A stretch of 64,000 nt of DNA from an uncultured delta proteobacterium (lineage in GTDB: Bacteria; Desulfobacterota; SM23-61). The translations under genes were made by a program, and so were the position numbers. The DNA lies in contig CAVXFA010000075.1 of NCBI GenBank assembly GCA_963760605.1, positions 11,237 through 75,236 of the forward strand. The letters are read 5' to 3'. This document shows, in pieces, positions 51,508 through 60,995 of the stretch. Each line of letters opens with the position of its first letter. The stretch's first letter is position 1. The notes below the pieces were generated by a model. The model did not search any database. It was not told the origin of the DNA and saw nothing but the letters and a program-made list of their open reading frames with translations.

Positions 51508-52383
51508 ATGGACATCACAGAAATCTATGAATTGTATCCTACCCATGATGATTGCCTCGATCACCTTGAAAAAGTTAGGTGGCATGGCACCCCGAAATGT
51601 CCTTACTGTCAATCAAGCAGAACCAGCCCTCTCCCAAAGGAAAAAAGACATCATTGTAATGCTTGTAATACCACATTTAGTGTTACTGTCAAGACCATCT
51701 TTCATCATACCCATTTACCTCTTCAAAAATGGTTTCTGGCTGTTTGCTTAACGCTGAATGCTAAAAAGGGCGTAGCCGCTAGGCAAATGGCCCGTCACGT
51801 TCACGCTAATAAAGATACGGCTTGGCGGATCAACATGAAGATCCGAGAGGCAATGTCTGAAAGAGAACAAAGAGAGCTTTTAACTGGCCTTGTGGAGTGC
51901 GATGAAACGTACATTGGAGGAAAGCCACGGCCTGGGAGTGGACCACATACAAGAGGACGCGGAACAAAGAAAACTCCCGTTGTCGCATTGGCCAAAAGAG
52001 GGGTAAACAATATAAGAGCTGAGGTATTTAAAAACCGGAAGAGATTGAGCGGTAAAAACCTTAAAATGTTAGTCCGAAAAAACGTGGACACCGAGAACGC
52101 AACATTGATTACCGATGAATATAAAGGATACATTGGGATTCAAACTCTTATGCCCCATAAGATCGTTGACCATAGCGTTTGGTATGTCAATGGCGATGCT
52201 CACACCAACACCGTTGAATCTTTTTGGGCTCTCCTAAAACGGGGCATCGTTGGACAGTATCATAAAGTCAGTATGAAGCACTTACCAAAGTACGTTGATG
52301 AGTTTTCTTGTCGTTGGAACCATAGAGAGGACGAAAACCTGTGGGCAACAACTCTACAAAGAGCGCTGGAGGTGAGAGCATGA
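51508..52383 (+). CDS. IS1595-family transposase (N-terminal zinc ribbon plus DDE domain).
   Basis: The zinc ribbon is CPYCQS...CNACNT. The DDE_Tnp_IS1595-like core includes ECDETYIGGK and DEFSCRWNHRE. Confidence 0.8.
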   Translation: MDITEIYELYPTHDDCLDHLEKVRWHGTPKCPYCQSSRTSPLPKEKRHHCNACNTTFSVTVKTIFHHTHLPLQKWFLAVCLTLNAKKGVAARQMARHVHANKDTAWRINMKIREAMSEREQRELLTGLVECDETYIGGKPRPGSGPHTRGRGTKKTPVVALAKRGVNNIRAEVFKNRKRLSGKNLKMLVRKNVDTENATLITDEYKGYIGIQTLMPHKIVDHSVWYVNGDAHTNTVESFWALLKRGIVGQYHKVSMKHLPKYVDEFSCRWNHREDENLWATTLQRALEVRA

Positions 52384-53297
52384 CAAACGATAACCTACAG
52401 ACAATCCATCCAGGAAGTAAACCTGGGGAAATAATAATAGGGGATACTCGGATTCCGTGTTTCGTTTTAGAAGATGGAACAAGGATTTTGTCTGAACTCG
52501 GCGTAACTAAAGCAATGAAATCAAGAAGTGGAGCTTCAAAACGACGCAAAAAGGTGGAGCAAGAAGAGGGGCGTGCCCATTTACCGGTTTTTATGTCCTC
52601 AAATAACCTTGAACCTTTTATTTCTAATGAGTTACGAGCGGGGCTCATTAATCCAATAAAATATCGCATCGGGAAAAGAATCGCCCAGGGGTATCCAGCA
52701 GAATTACTACCGAAAATATGTGAGGTTTGGTTATCAGCCCGAGATGAGAAAAAGCTTCGTAAGGATCAATTAAGAAAATGTAAACAAGCTGAAATCTTAA
52801 TGCGAGCATTGGCCCATGTTGGGATAATTGCACTGGTTGATGAGGCTACAAATTATCAAGAAGTAAGGGACAAGATTGCACTCCAAAAGATTCTTGATAA
52901 ATATCTCTTAGCAGAATACGCAAAGTGGGCAAAGAGATTTCCAGACGAGTTTTATGAGTTAATGTTCAAATTTAAAGGATGGCAATGGAAAGGGATGTCG
53001 GTCAATCGACCAAGTGTGGTAGGAAAATATACTAACGATTTGGTATATGAGCGCTTAGCTCCGGGACTTTTGACGGAGCTAAGAAAACTAAATCCGCCAG
53101 ACGAACAAGGCAGAAGAAAATCAAAACATCAACAATGGCTTACGGAAGATATTGGACATCCCGCACTTCAAAAGCACTTAGCCATTTTGATTGCATTCAT
53201 GAGGGCGGCCCCCAATTGGACGATATTCCATCGAAACGTAGAAAGAGCATTACCAAAACTTGGGGAAACAATTCCAATGGCTTTGGATGAGGATTAA
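52380..53297 (+). CDS. P63C-domain-like protein (tentative; phage-associated family).
   Basis: The ATG overlaps the transposase stop (ATGA). The family resemblance is recalled from memory and is low-confidence. Confidence 0.35.
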   Translation: MTNDNLQTIHPGSKPGEIIIGDTRIPCFVLEDGTRILSELGVTKAMKSRSGASKRRKKVEQEEGRAHLPVFMSSNNLEPFISNELRAGLINPIKYRIGKRIAQGYPAELLPKICEVWLSARDEKKLRKDQLRKCKQAEILMRALAHVGIIALVDEATNYQEVRDKIALQKILDKYLLAEYAKWAKRFPDEFYELMFKFKGWQWKGMSVNRPSVVGKYTNDLVYERLAPGLLTELRKLNPPDEQGRRKSKHQQWLTEDIGHPALQKHLAILIAFMRAAPNWTIFHRNVERALPKLGETIPMALDED

Positions 53298-53300
53298 AAA

Positions 53301-54179
53301 TTGACTACTTTGAAGAAAATGACCAACCTTCGCCCCTTTTTCCACACAAATCGTGGTTTGCTCTATAATACAGATTGTTTCAATCTTTTTGCGTCGCTCA
53401 AGGACGAAACCCTGGACTGCATCTTTGCCGATCCGCCTTTTAATTTGGGAAAGGATTATGGAAACGGTTTTGTCAAAGATGATTTAAAGAGAGATGACTA
53501 TATAGAATGGTGTTTTTCTTGGCTCAATGAATTTGTTCGCCTTATCAAGCCAGGGGGAGCGGTATTTTTATACACGCTTCCACAGTGGGGTTATCATCTA
53601 GCTTTGCACTTAGAAAAATCTAAAATGACCTTTCGGCATTGGATTGCTCTTTCAATGAAGGGAACTTTCCCGAGAGGAAAGAAACTATATCCGGCTCATT
53701 ATGCCCTGCTATATTTTACCAAAGGAATGCCCAAGACATTTAACCGCGTCCGTTTGCCTATTCCCAAATGCCGACACTGCGGAAAGGATATCAAGGATTA
53801 TGGTGGACACAGAAAATATCTTAATCCTCTTGGCCTAAATCTGACGGACTTTTGGGACGACACGGCACCGGCTAGGCATCAAAAGTTCAAATCTCGTTGG
53901 CATATAAACGAACTCAAACCTATGATTCCATCAAGGTGTATAGAAATCTCAACTACTCCCGGAGAAATCGTAATGGATCCGTTTGGTGGTGGAGGATCAA
54001 CTTACGAATCGGCACAGCGGCTTGACCGTTATTGGATTGGAACGGAAATTGGAGATTGCGCAATAATTGAAGAAAGACTTCGAAGAAATTTTTCAAACCT
54101 AGAGAATGATGTGCCCAAGAAGCTAATTAATATCCTACAGAAAGGAAATCGAAAGTTTTCGATTCCACTATCCAAATGA
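53301..54179 (+). CDS. Beta-class DNA methyltransferase (N4-cytosine or N6-adenine), the M subunit of a type II R-M system.
   Basis: The N-terminal DPPF motif (FADPPFNLG) and the C-terminal FxGxG motif (MDPFGGGGST) give a beta-group order. This is the class to which M.BglII and M.BamHI belong. Confidence 0.8.
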   Translation: MTTLKKMTNLRPFFHTNRGLLYNTDCFNLFASLKDETLDCIFADPPFNLGKDYGNGFVKDDLKRDDYIEWCFSWLNEFVRLIKPGGAVFLYTLPQWGYHLALHLEKSKMTFRHWIALSMKGTFPRGKKLYPAHYALLYFTKGMPKTFNRVRLPIPKCRHCGKDIKDYGGHRKYLNPLGLNLTDFWDDTAPARHQKFKSRWHINELKPMIPSRCIEISTTPGEIVMDPFGGGGSTYESAQRLDRYWIGTEIGDCAIIEERLRRNFSNLENDVPKKLINILQKGNRKFSIPLSK

Positions 54180-54724
54180 CAAAAATAGTTGAGGAAGAGT
54201 CCTATAATGGGGCTAAAGAGAGGATTAAAAGACTTGGTCTTGATCCTCTCCTAAGTGAAATCCGTTCAATCATAACCGATTTTAGCCTTCTGGTTAAGGA
54301 ATCAAGGGATGCGAACGGTGGCGCAGCAGTTCGCAAGTTGATGGATGCCCAATTTCAGAAATCAAAGGGATGGTCAAAAAATCAAACGGGTGATGTGGAT
54401 TGGACTAAATGTCAGGTTGTAAATGGTACAAAGGTATGCATTGGTGTTGAGATTCAATTTTCGGCTAGGAGTGATCTATTGGTCATTGATTTGATACACT
54501 TACGGAAAGCTATCGTTAAAGGGCAGATAGATGTTGGCATACTCGTAGTTCCAAGCAATAAACTAGGGGTCTTTCTTACAGATCGGGGTCCTAAAATGGC
54601 AGATGCCAAAAGGCATGTAGTCGAAGCTAAAGCCGAAGATCTTCCTCTGATTCTGATAGCTATTGAACATGATGGCCCTGGCCCGCCGTTGGCCAAGCAG
54701 TTCAAGAGAACATCTGCGGTATAG
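54176..54724 (+). CDS. Type II restriction endonuclease of the BglII/BamHI fold.
   Basis: IGVEIQFSA matches the BglII active-site block LVEVQFSN (the E-x-Q variant of PD-(D/E)xK). The start overlaps the methyltransferase stop. Confidence 0.65.
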   Translation: MTKIVEEESYNGAKERIKRLGLDPLLSEIRSIITDFSLLVKESRDANGGAAVRKLMDAQFQKSKGWSKNQTGDVDWTKCQVVNGTKVCIGVEIQFSARSDLLVIDLIHLRKAIVKGQIDVGILVVPSNKLGVFLTDRGPKMADAKRHVVEAKAEDLPLILIAIEHDGPGPPLAKQFKRTSAV

Positions 54725-54780
54725 ATAATGACTACCTTAAAATGGGACATTCCGTTAATTTTTTCAAGGAGGATTCCACT

Positions 54781-57078
54781 ATGCCACTTCTCCCTGGAAT
54801 TGTTCAAACGTTGTTTGAGTTAGAGGATAATCCAATTCGGTTCGAGCGTGTGTGCCTCGATTTGTACAAAGACGCCGAGGGAGTCGAATTGGTTCCTACT
54901 TCCCGAACCTGGGATTTAGGCCGAGACGGGCGAAGCATTTCGATTTCGAAAAATGGGACTCTTTTAGGGATCCTTTGTGCAACATTGTCTATCGATATAG
55001 ATGGTAAAGTCGAGGCAGATATTCTTCGCCTCGCCGAAACAACAAATACTAGAGCAATAATATATTCTACATCCCGATCGTTGACGGAACACGCTTGTAA
55101 TGTGCTCGAGGCTAAAATTCGGAAATTGTACCCAGCGGTTAAATCCGTCCGTATTTTGGGTCAAATTCAACTTGTTGCTCTAGCAGAACGCTTCGAAAAT
55201 ACAATTCGTAAACATTATGCGGCAGAGATTAAAATTAGCGAGCAAGCTCTTCTGACTGTTCCCAATGAGCCAGAAAATATCGGGCTTCGTCTTGCCCTAA
55301 TTACTCAAACGGGCGATGATGCTCGAATCCTCCGAACCGAACTAACCAGGCGCCTTGTATTAGAAAGTCTTCATAGCCGAGGCTCCCAGAGCGCCGGTAG
55401 TCTTGCCGTGGCGATTTCAGGGCAACTACACCTTTCACGATCAATGACAACTAGTTACATAACTATTATTATATCATCACTAATCGAAGAGGGACTGGTA
55501 TCGAGTGACAAGGATGGCACAATATGCATTACTCCAAACGGCATAACATTTATAAGTGGGGTCCCAAAAGAGGCCAGTGCGAAATTGTTAGAAGGCCGCA
55601 CCGCAATTCGCAGAGAAATAAAAAGGCTGTCTGGGCATACGCTTACAGAGGAACAGTTTGAACGTCTTTGGGATTACTTCCAAGACGGACTTTCGGAAGT
55701 CTTTTATTCCCATGGAGCTGCTATTGTTCGCATGGTAGGTTCCTTGATCACAGGGGAACGAGGCAAACCAGAGCCAAAAACCTATTTGCTCCTCGAAGAA
55801 GTTGGCAACCACATCGGGTCCTTATTCTCTGACCCCATCCAGGGCGATGAGGTACGGCAGGCCATAATCGACATGTTCTCCGAAAAGGAAAGCGAAGCTT
55901 TTAATTGGCTAACGCAGATTTGCAGCGTATATGTGATGATGTGTTCACTAGGATTTGAGGCTTTAAGTTCTGAACAAATTACAAGAGTTCTCAGAAACTT
56001 CCGTCTTGTCCCAGATACTGACATCATTATTTCATTATTATGCGAGGGAGAAAATAACCATAAAGAGGTTTCACATATTGTTAATGGATGGAGACTCTTG
56101 GGCGGAAAAATTCTAATGTCAACCCCTGTCTTGGAGGAAACGGCTTTTCACGCTTGGATTAGTGAACACGATTATGTCCAAATGTGGGAACAGCTTGATC
56201 AAATATCAGATTCAGAAGCCTATCATTTAATTGAAAATGCATTCGTTCGCTCGTTTAGAATTTTATCAAGAGAAAATACGAGTAGGAGGTACTGGAACCA
56301 ATACATCAACCAGTATCGCGGTGAATCAGAACGTGATTACAGTCGTGTAATGCTAATTTTAAGAGAAGATTATGGGTTTGATAGGCTACCTGATGCCGAG
56401 GAGAATTACCAAAATTTTCCCAATAAAGTCAGGATTTTTTTGGCTCAGAAATTGGCCGAAAATATTGGAATAAGTTTTGAAGATTTAAGTTTTAAGATGC
56501 ATGACAAAAGTAGACGTGATGGATCTCTTTTTGGCTCCGTGCTTAGAGCAAGGGATGCATCACGACGGTCAGCGATACAATCTACTACGATTATTCTTTC
56601 CTCTTCGAGATTACTAAAACAGGCAGATCAAGCCTTCCGAAGTGAGCTTGGTGAGCCAGATGCAGTAGTCTCTACGGCCGCAGTGGGGTGTCTGTTGACT
56701 TTAACTCCGGGAGTACTTATGGGGATGGGGACCCTTCGTGAGGTACTTTTCGACTTAGGTTTAGCCACACGGCTAACGCCCATGCAGAGATATGCTTATC
56801 GGCTGATCACAGCATCCGGAGAATTTGACCTTCCTTGGTCCAGACGGGTAACTCTACAGAGGGAATTAGGCGAAAGACTCCTTTCGGACGCAAGAGCAAC
56901 TGGCGACCCTGTGCCTAAGGTCATTGAAAGGGTAATGAAATCTGAAGATCCGGAATTTTCCGTAAAGATGATTGTAAAAGCCTTGGACAATATGGCAGTC
57001 ACGCCCAAAACTGAAAAGGAGCTGCAAAGACTTAGAAAGGAAGTCAAAATATTGGAAGAGAAATTAAAAGCCAGGTAA
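54781..57078 (+). CDS. Large hypothetical protein (about 765 aa) with an N-terminal Mrr-cat-like (restriction-endonuclease-like) motif.
   Basis: FERVCLDLYKDAEGVELVPTSRTWDLGRDGRSIS fits the Mrr_cat pattern (F-E-x-L..G..V..T..D.G.D). The AGGAGG RBS lies 7 nt before the ATG at 54781. No P-loop was seen. The remainder is helical and of unknown function. Confidence 0.5.
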   Translation: MPLLPGIVQTLFELEDNPIRFERVCLDLYKDAEGVELVPTSRTWDLGRDGRSISISKNGTLLGILCATLSIDIDGKVEADILRLAETTNTRAIIYSTSRSLTEHACNVLEAKIRKLYPAVKSVRILGQIQLVALAERFENTIRKHYAAEIKISEQALLTVPNEPENIGLRLALITQTGDDARILRTELTRRLVLESLHSRGSQSAGSLAVAISGQLHLSRSMTTSYITIIISSLIEEGLVSSDKDGTICITPNGITFISGVPKEASAKLLEGRTAIRREIKRLSGHTLTEEQFERLWDYFQDGLSEVFYSHGAAIVRMVGSLITGERGKPEPKTYLLLEEVGNHIGSLFSDPIQGDEVRQAIIDMFSEKESEAFNWLTQICSVYVMMCSLGFEALSSEQITRVLRNFRLVPDTDIIISLLCEGENNHKEVSHIVNGWRLLGGKILMSTPVLEETAFHAWISEHDYVQMWEQLDQISDSEAYHLIENAFVRSFRILSRENTSRRYWNQYINQYRGESERDYSRVMLILREDYGFDRLPDAEENYQNFPNKVRIFLAQKLAENIGISFEDLSFKMHDKSRRDGSLFGSVLRARDASRRSAIQSTTIILSSSRLLKQADQAFRSELGEPDAVVSTAAVGCLLTLTPGVLMGMGTLREVLFDLGLATRLTPMQRYAYRLITASGEFDLPWSRRVTLQRELGERLLSDARATGDPVPKVIERVMKSEDPEFSVKMIVKALDNMAVTPKTEKELQRLRKEVKILEEKLKAR

Positions 57079-57413
57079 ATACCGACAAATACAAGTGGGA
57101 AGGAAATGAGCGCTTATCACTTTCAATCCGTAATTTTCAACGCCCCAACATAGTTCCCCTTATTGATTTGTAACTGTTACCAAAGGTCGCGTTTAAAAAG
57201 CTAGGCGTCAAAACCCGGGTTTTTTTCAACAAGCATTCGTGAAGGGTTGAGTAGTCTCTCACTGCGGAGGGCAGGGATTAAGGTTAAGCCACCAAAAGCT
57301 TTTCAACTTTCACTTTGTCCGGGCTGATAAAAACTGTCTTCTGGTGGGAAAAGGTCACGAAGCCGGGCCCGGCCCCTTTAGGTTTATGTAGATTCTTGAC
57401 GGGCAGGGTAAAG

Positions 57414-57468
57414 GGGACGGTCCTATTTATTGCAGTCCTCAATTTCAAAAAATTGACCCGCCCCGATT
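57414..57468 (+). repeat. Hairpin junction element copy H2 (degenerate variant).
   Basis: The sequence gggacggtcctattt-attgcagtcctcaatttc-aaaaaattgacccgcccc shares the 5' stem and loop start. The 3' half is diverged. Confidence 0.5.
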
Positions 57469-57578
57469 TTCACCAGTTTTCACGGGGGGCGTCGGGCAGC
57501 CGATTTCCTACCGCGGCCACTCATATTTTAGAAATTTATGTTCCTCCGACAATTTCCTTTTAAAGGAATAATATTTAA

Positions 57579-57607
57579 TTGACTACTTTTAAATAAAGTA
57601 GTAATAT
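57579..57607 (+). promoter_or_regulatory. Sigma70-like promoter with an embedded operator palindrome for the AbrB-PIN TA cassette.
   Basis: The -35 box is TTGACT and the -10 box is TAATAT, with a 17-nt spacer. The inverted repeat ACTACTTTtaaatAAAGTAGT spans the spacer. Confidence 0.55.
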
Positions 57608-57641
57608 AAAATGAATGTCAGAAAAAGGAGGTGGATTTGCC

Positions 57642-57875
57642 ATGCAGACTGTCAAGGTATTGCCCAAAGGGCAAATTACCCTTCCCAAACAAGTTAGAAA
57701 AAAGCTTAAGATTGGGGTGGGAGATCGGTTGCTCCTCGAGGAAGACGAAGAAAAAATCGTTCTGAAAAAAGGGAAAACGATATTCGATTATATCGGAAGC
57801 CTGCCCAGTCTGGGAATGTCTACTGAAAAGATGCGCGAAAAAGCTGTCGGGGAGGCAGCCAAGGAAAATGACTAA
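57642..57875 (+). CDS. AbrB/SpoVT-type antitoxin (VapB-like).
   Basis: The swapped-hairpin DNA-binding N-terminus is MQTVKVLPKGQITLPKQVRKKL. The RBS aaggagg is present. The gene overlaps the PIN gene by 8 nt. Confidence 0.75.
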   Translation: MQTVKVLPKGQITLPKQVRKKLKIGVGDRLLLEEDEEKIVLKKGKTIFDYIGSLPSLGMSTEKMREKAVGEAAKEND

Positions 57876-58278
57876 AGCGTTCATTGACACCAGCGTGATT
57901 CTCAGGCTGCTGATCAAGGATGACCGGGCAAAAGCCAGATCTAGCGAAAAACTGTTGAAAGAAGCAGAAAAGCGGGGACTGATCCTGTATTTATTGCCGG
58001 TAGCCATAATGGAGACAGTATGGGTGCTGGAAAAAATTTATAAATTCGAGAGAAAAACCATAAGGGAAATCATAGAAGCCATCCTTAATACCCCGCAGTT
58101 GAAGATTGAGATGGAGACCGTTTTTAGGAAGGCCATAAGGAACTACGAAGAAAAGAATATAAAATTTGCGGATGCCATGATGGGATACTGGGGATTGGAA
58201 AAAGATCTTTCCGTTATGTTTACCTATGACGAAAAGGATTATAAGAGGATTGAAGGCCTCGAGGTTCGAAGACCATGA
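57868..58278 (+). CDS. vapC: PIN-domain toxin VapC (copy 1).
   Basis: The PIN motif FIDTSVIL with acidic residues is present. The gene is paired with the upstream antitoxin. Confidence 0.8.
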   Translation: MTKAFIDTSVILRLLIKDDRAKARSSEKLLKEAEKRGLILYLLPVAIMETVWVLEKIYKFERKTIREIIEAILNTPQLKIEMETVFRKAIRNYEEKNIKFADAMMGYWGLEKDLSVMFTYDEKDYKRIEGLEVRRP

Positions 58279-58546
58279 CCTGCCTGAGCCCGAAAATCCC
58301 AAAGCAATTCCCGAAACCAATCGGTAGTTTCCGTTACCAACGCCTCACCAGAATTCTCTTCGCCCAGTCTTGACGTCGCTCGGTAGTTTTCTTCAATGGC
58401 ATATTTCCGTAACCTCTCCCCTCCCCCCCGGAATAAGCAGGCAAAGAAAATAGAGCTGACCCCGCTGGTGGTTGGCAAAAGCTTGGAAAATTTTAGGAGA
58501 GAGAAAACGTTAATCATGAAAGCTATATTTAAAGGGGACGTTAAAG

Positions 58547-58597
58547 GGGACGGTTCTGTTTATTGCAGTCCTCAATTTCGGAAAATAGTACCGCCCC
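58547..58597 (+). repeat. Hairpin junction element copy H3.
   Basis: The sequence is gggacggttctgttt-attgcagtcctcaatttcgga-aaatagtaccgcccc. It is preceded by the conserved arm ...cttggaaaattttaggagagagaaaacgttaatcatgaaagctatatttaaagg. Confidence 0.7.
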
Positions 58598-58730
58598 AAT
58601 TTTCCAAAGGTCAAACTTTCTCTCAGCGTCCCAGCCTGGCCGCGTACGGGACAAAGCAAACAAGTCGGATTTCCTTGGACTCCTGCAGGCCTGCGGGACA
58701 AAAGGAAATTTCCAATCGGGCATTTTGCAA

Positions 58731-59162
58731 ATGAAAATCGAGCTACGAGAAGACCTCGCTCCGGATCCGGATTTCTATTACCATCAACAATTCAAAATCT
58801 ATGACGAACCCTATTTGATTTGGGGCCGAGAAACATGGAAGGCAGCGCTCAGCGCATGCAGCGTCTATCAGATCGAAGCAGATGGGAGATACGCCGGAGA
58901 CCTGTTATTGGAGGACCAGAGGAAAGGCACCAAGTACATCCTTGACTTCGGCCTTTTGCCCGAGTATCAAGGGAAGGGGGTGGGGAAAGCGGTTGTTGAG
59001 CAGTTCAAGAAATTGGGCGGGAAATTCACTGCTGTCACACGAAAGGAAACTCTTGGTTTCTTCCTGAAATCCGGGTTCGTTTTGCGAAGAACGATAAGGG
59101 ATTATTACCGTCCTGGGGTGGATGGATATTTTATTGCTTTCGATGGAAAAACCAAGGATTAG
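58731..59162 (+). CDS. GNAT-family N-acetyltransferase (copy 1).
   Basis: Motif A is QGKGVGKAVVEQF. The gene is 143 codons long. Confidence 0.7.
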   Translation: MKIELREDLAPDPDFYYHQQFKIYDEPYLIWGRETWKAALSACSVYQIEADGRYAGDLLLEDQRKGTKYILDFGLLPEYQGKGVGKAVVEQFKKLGGKFTAVTRKETLGFFLKSGFVLRRTIRDYYRPGVDGYFIAFDGKTKD

Positions 59163-59277
59163 TATAAAAGGATCATCTCCGAAATAGTTGGCAAGAGCTT
59201 GGAGAATTTTAAGAGAGAAAAAACGTTAGTCATGAAAGCTATAAGCCTTCGGCCTGATGACCTTGATTTTGTTTAAA

Positions 59278-59328
59278 GGGGGCGGGTCTATTTATTGCAG
59301 TCCTCAATTTCGGAAAATAGAACCGTCC
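59278..59328 (+). repeat. Hairpin junction element copy H4.
   Basis: The sequence is ggggcgggtctattt-attgcagtcctcaatttcgga-aaatagaaccgtccc. The conserved arm upstream carries a 35-bp insertion. Confidence 0.65.
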
Positions 59329-59605
59329 CGATTTTCCACTGGCCATTAACCTCTTGTCACTGTGCCGGAGAAAGAACAACCGAATCCGTGTCCCCCTCAT
59401 ACCCATTATTTCATTCCCGTCGAAAACCCGCGAATGCGCGGGAAACCAGCCATAAAAAGAACGGCCGTTTAAAAATTTCTCCCCGCCAATGGATCAAAAT
59501 CGAGGGATTTTATCAAATGCAGAGCCGTCACTCCATAGCCCTTTTCACACCTTACACAAAAAATCAATAATCAAGACTTGAATCCGGATATGAACATTAA
59601 TCTAA

Positions 59606-60019
59606 TTATGGACGTGCCTCAAGGGGTAACTTCGCGAGAATCTGATTATAAATTTCGTGACTGATCTGAAGGGCCTCTTCAGCTTCTTGGTTTGTAGGTT
59701 CTTCCGTCCCTCCGGGGTAGCGGAATTTCCAAGCGTACTCAGTGAGGGGAGCGGCCTTATCAACTAAATCCTTCAAAGTGGGCTCTATTTTGACACATTG
59801 TCGCCCGATTTCCTCCAGACTATGGGTTTTGCGAAACGGAATATCATGCCAGGCCAGAAATCCCTTAAGCGCCTTTTCGATTGCCTGCTGGCAGTGAAAA
59901 ACCACATCTTCAAGCAGTGGAGGCGCCGCCGAAAGTCCGTGTTCAGCACTCCTTAGGTCCTTCTGGGCGTTAACAAGCCAACCGCGAGTGTCTTCCATGC
60001 GAACAGGATCAGGCTGCAT
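59606..60019 (-). CDS. HEPN-domain protein (toxin of a HEPN/MNT pair).
   Basis: The motif HCQQAIEKALKGFLAWHDIPFRKTHSLEEI matches the HEPN signature. The likely start MQPDP at 60019 overlaps the MNT stop by 11 nt. Confidence 0.7.
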   Translation of the reverse strand: MQPDPVRMEDTRGWLVNAQKDLRSAEHGLSAAPPLLEDVVFHCQQAIEKALKGFLAWHDIPFRKTHSLEEIGRQCVKIEPTLKDLVDKAAPLTEYAWKFRYPGGTEEPTNQEAEEALQISHEIYNQILAKLPLEARP

Positions 60020-60374
60020 AAAGCAACCTCCCTTCCGATATGACAGTAAATGGGAGCGAGGCACGGAGGTGAAGTCGGCGATCAAAGGCATCCTGAGTCC
60101 AAACCAGAACATCTGCAGCTATACCCGTACCCCGGAGTACTTCATAGGCTAAACGACTTCGTCTTCGCTCAGGGGGCGCAGACTCGGGGACAACGACCAT
60201 CAGGTCATAGTCACTGTCGCCACCAAAATCACTTCTGGCCCGGGAGCCAAAAAGATAGATACGTTCAGGAAGATATGCGTCAATTAAACGACACACAATC
60301 TCAGCCAGTTTCTTATCGTCCAGGCTTTTTACAGCGTCTTTCCCATCCACTCCATTATGATTCATAAGATCCAC
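60009..60374 (-). CDS. Minimal nucleotidyltransferase (MNT), the antitoxin partner of the HEPN protein.
   Basis: The nucleotidyltransferase motif GSRARSDFGGDSDYDL is present. Confidence 0.75.
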   Translation of the reverse strand: MDLMNHNGVDGKDAVKSLDDKKLAEIVCRLIDAYLPERIYLFGSRARSDFGGDSDYDLMVVVPESAPPERRRSRLAYEVLRGTGIAADVLVWTQDAFDRRLHLRASLPFTVISEGRLLYAA

Positions 60375-60515
60375 CTTTTCTATTATACCTCAGCCAATCC
60401 CATGCCACCAGAATAAGTTAACTTGTGTGATATCCCCGAGCTCTCTTTCTTCTTTGCCCATTATGACCCGGAAGGTTTCGCCCGGAAGACGGAATTATGG
60501 TAAATGGTGGTAAAT

Positions 60516-60566
60516 GGGACGGCTCTATTTATTGCAGTCCTCAATTTCGGAAAATAGAACCGTCCC
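60516..60566 (+). repeat. Hairpin junction element copy H5.
   Basis: The sequence is gggacggctctattt-attgcagtcctcaatttcgga-aaatagaaccgtccc. It is followed by the gattttcaccaattttcacgggggg arm shared with H2. Confidence 0.7.
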
Positions 60567-60698
60567 GATTTTCACCAATTTTCACGGGGGGTGTCGGTCA
60601 GCCAGATCCCTACCGTGACTTCTCATATTGGAAAATTATGATATTACGGATGTTTTAAGATCGTCCGGACAATATATTTTTAGAGGAATAATATTTAA

Positions 60699-60727
60699 TT
60701 GACTACTTTTCAATAAAGTAGTAAAAT
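60699..60727 (+). promoter_or_regulatory. Promoter/operator of the second AbrB-PIN cassette.
   Basis: The -35 box TTGACT and -10 box TAAAAT are separated by 17 nt. The palindrome ACTACTTTtcaatAAAGTAGT is present. Confidence 0.5.
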
Positions 60728-60761
60728 AAAGCCAATGTCAGAAAAAGGAGGCGGATTTGCC

Positions 60762-60995
60762 ATGCAGACTGTCAAGGTATTGCCCAAAGGGCAGATTACC
60801 CTTCCCAAACAAGTTAGAAAAAAGCTTAAGATCGATGTGGGAGATCGGTTGCTCGTTGAGGAAGACGAAGAAAAAATCGTTCTGAAAAAAGGGAAAACAA
60901 TATTCGATTATATCGGAAGCCTGCCCAATCTGGGAATGTCTACTGAAAAGATGCGCGAAAAAGCTGTCGGGGAGGCAGCCAAGGAAAATGACTAA
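60762..60995 (+). CDS. AbrB/SpoVT-type antitoxin (copy 2).
   Basis: It is about 95 percent identical to 57642..57875. Confidence 0.75.
   Translation: MQTVKVLPKGQITLPKQVRKKLKIDVGDRLLVEEDEEKIVLKKGKTIFDYIGSLPNLGMSTEKMREKAVGEAAKEND

Noticed and set aside
58396-58734. MKAIFKGD... ORFs (58396..58734, 62311..62619) and the opposite-strand ORFs 44716..44910, 58239..58517 and 61359..61631 within the junction repeats.
   Set aside because: They are repeated only because they lie in the conserved junction elements. There is no RBS and the peptides are low-complexity. The conserved DNA is better explained as a structural or recombination element.
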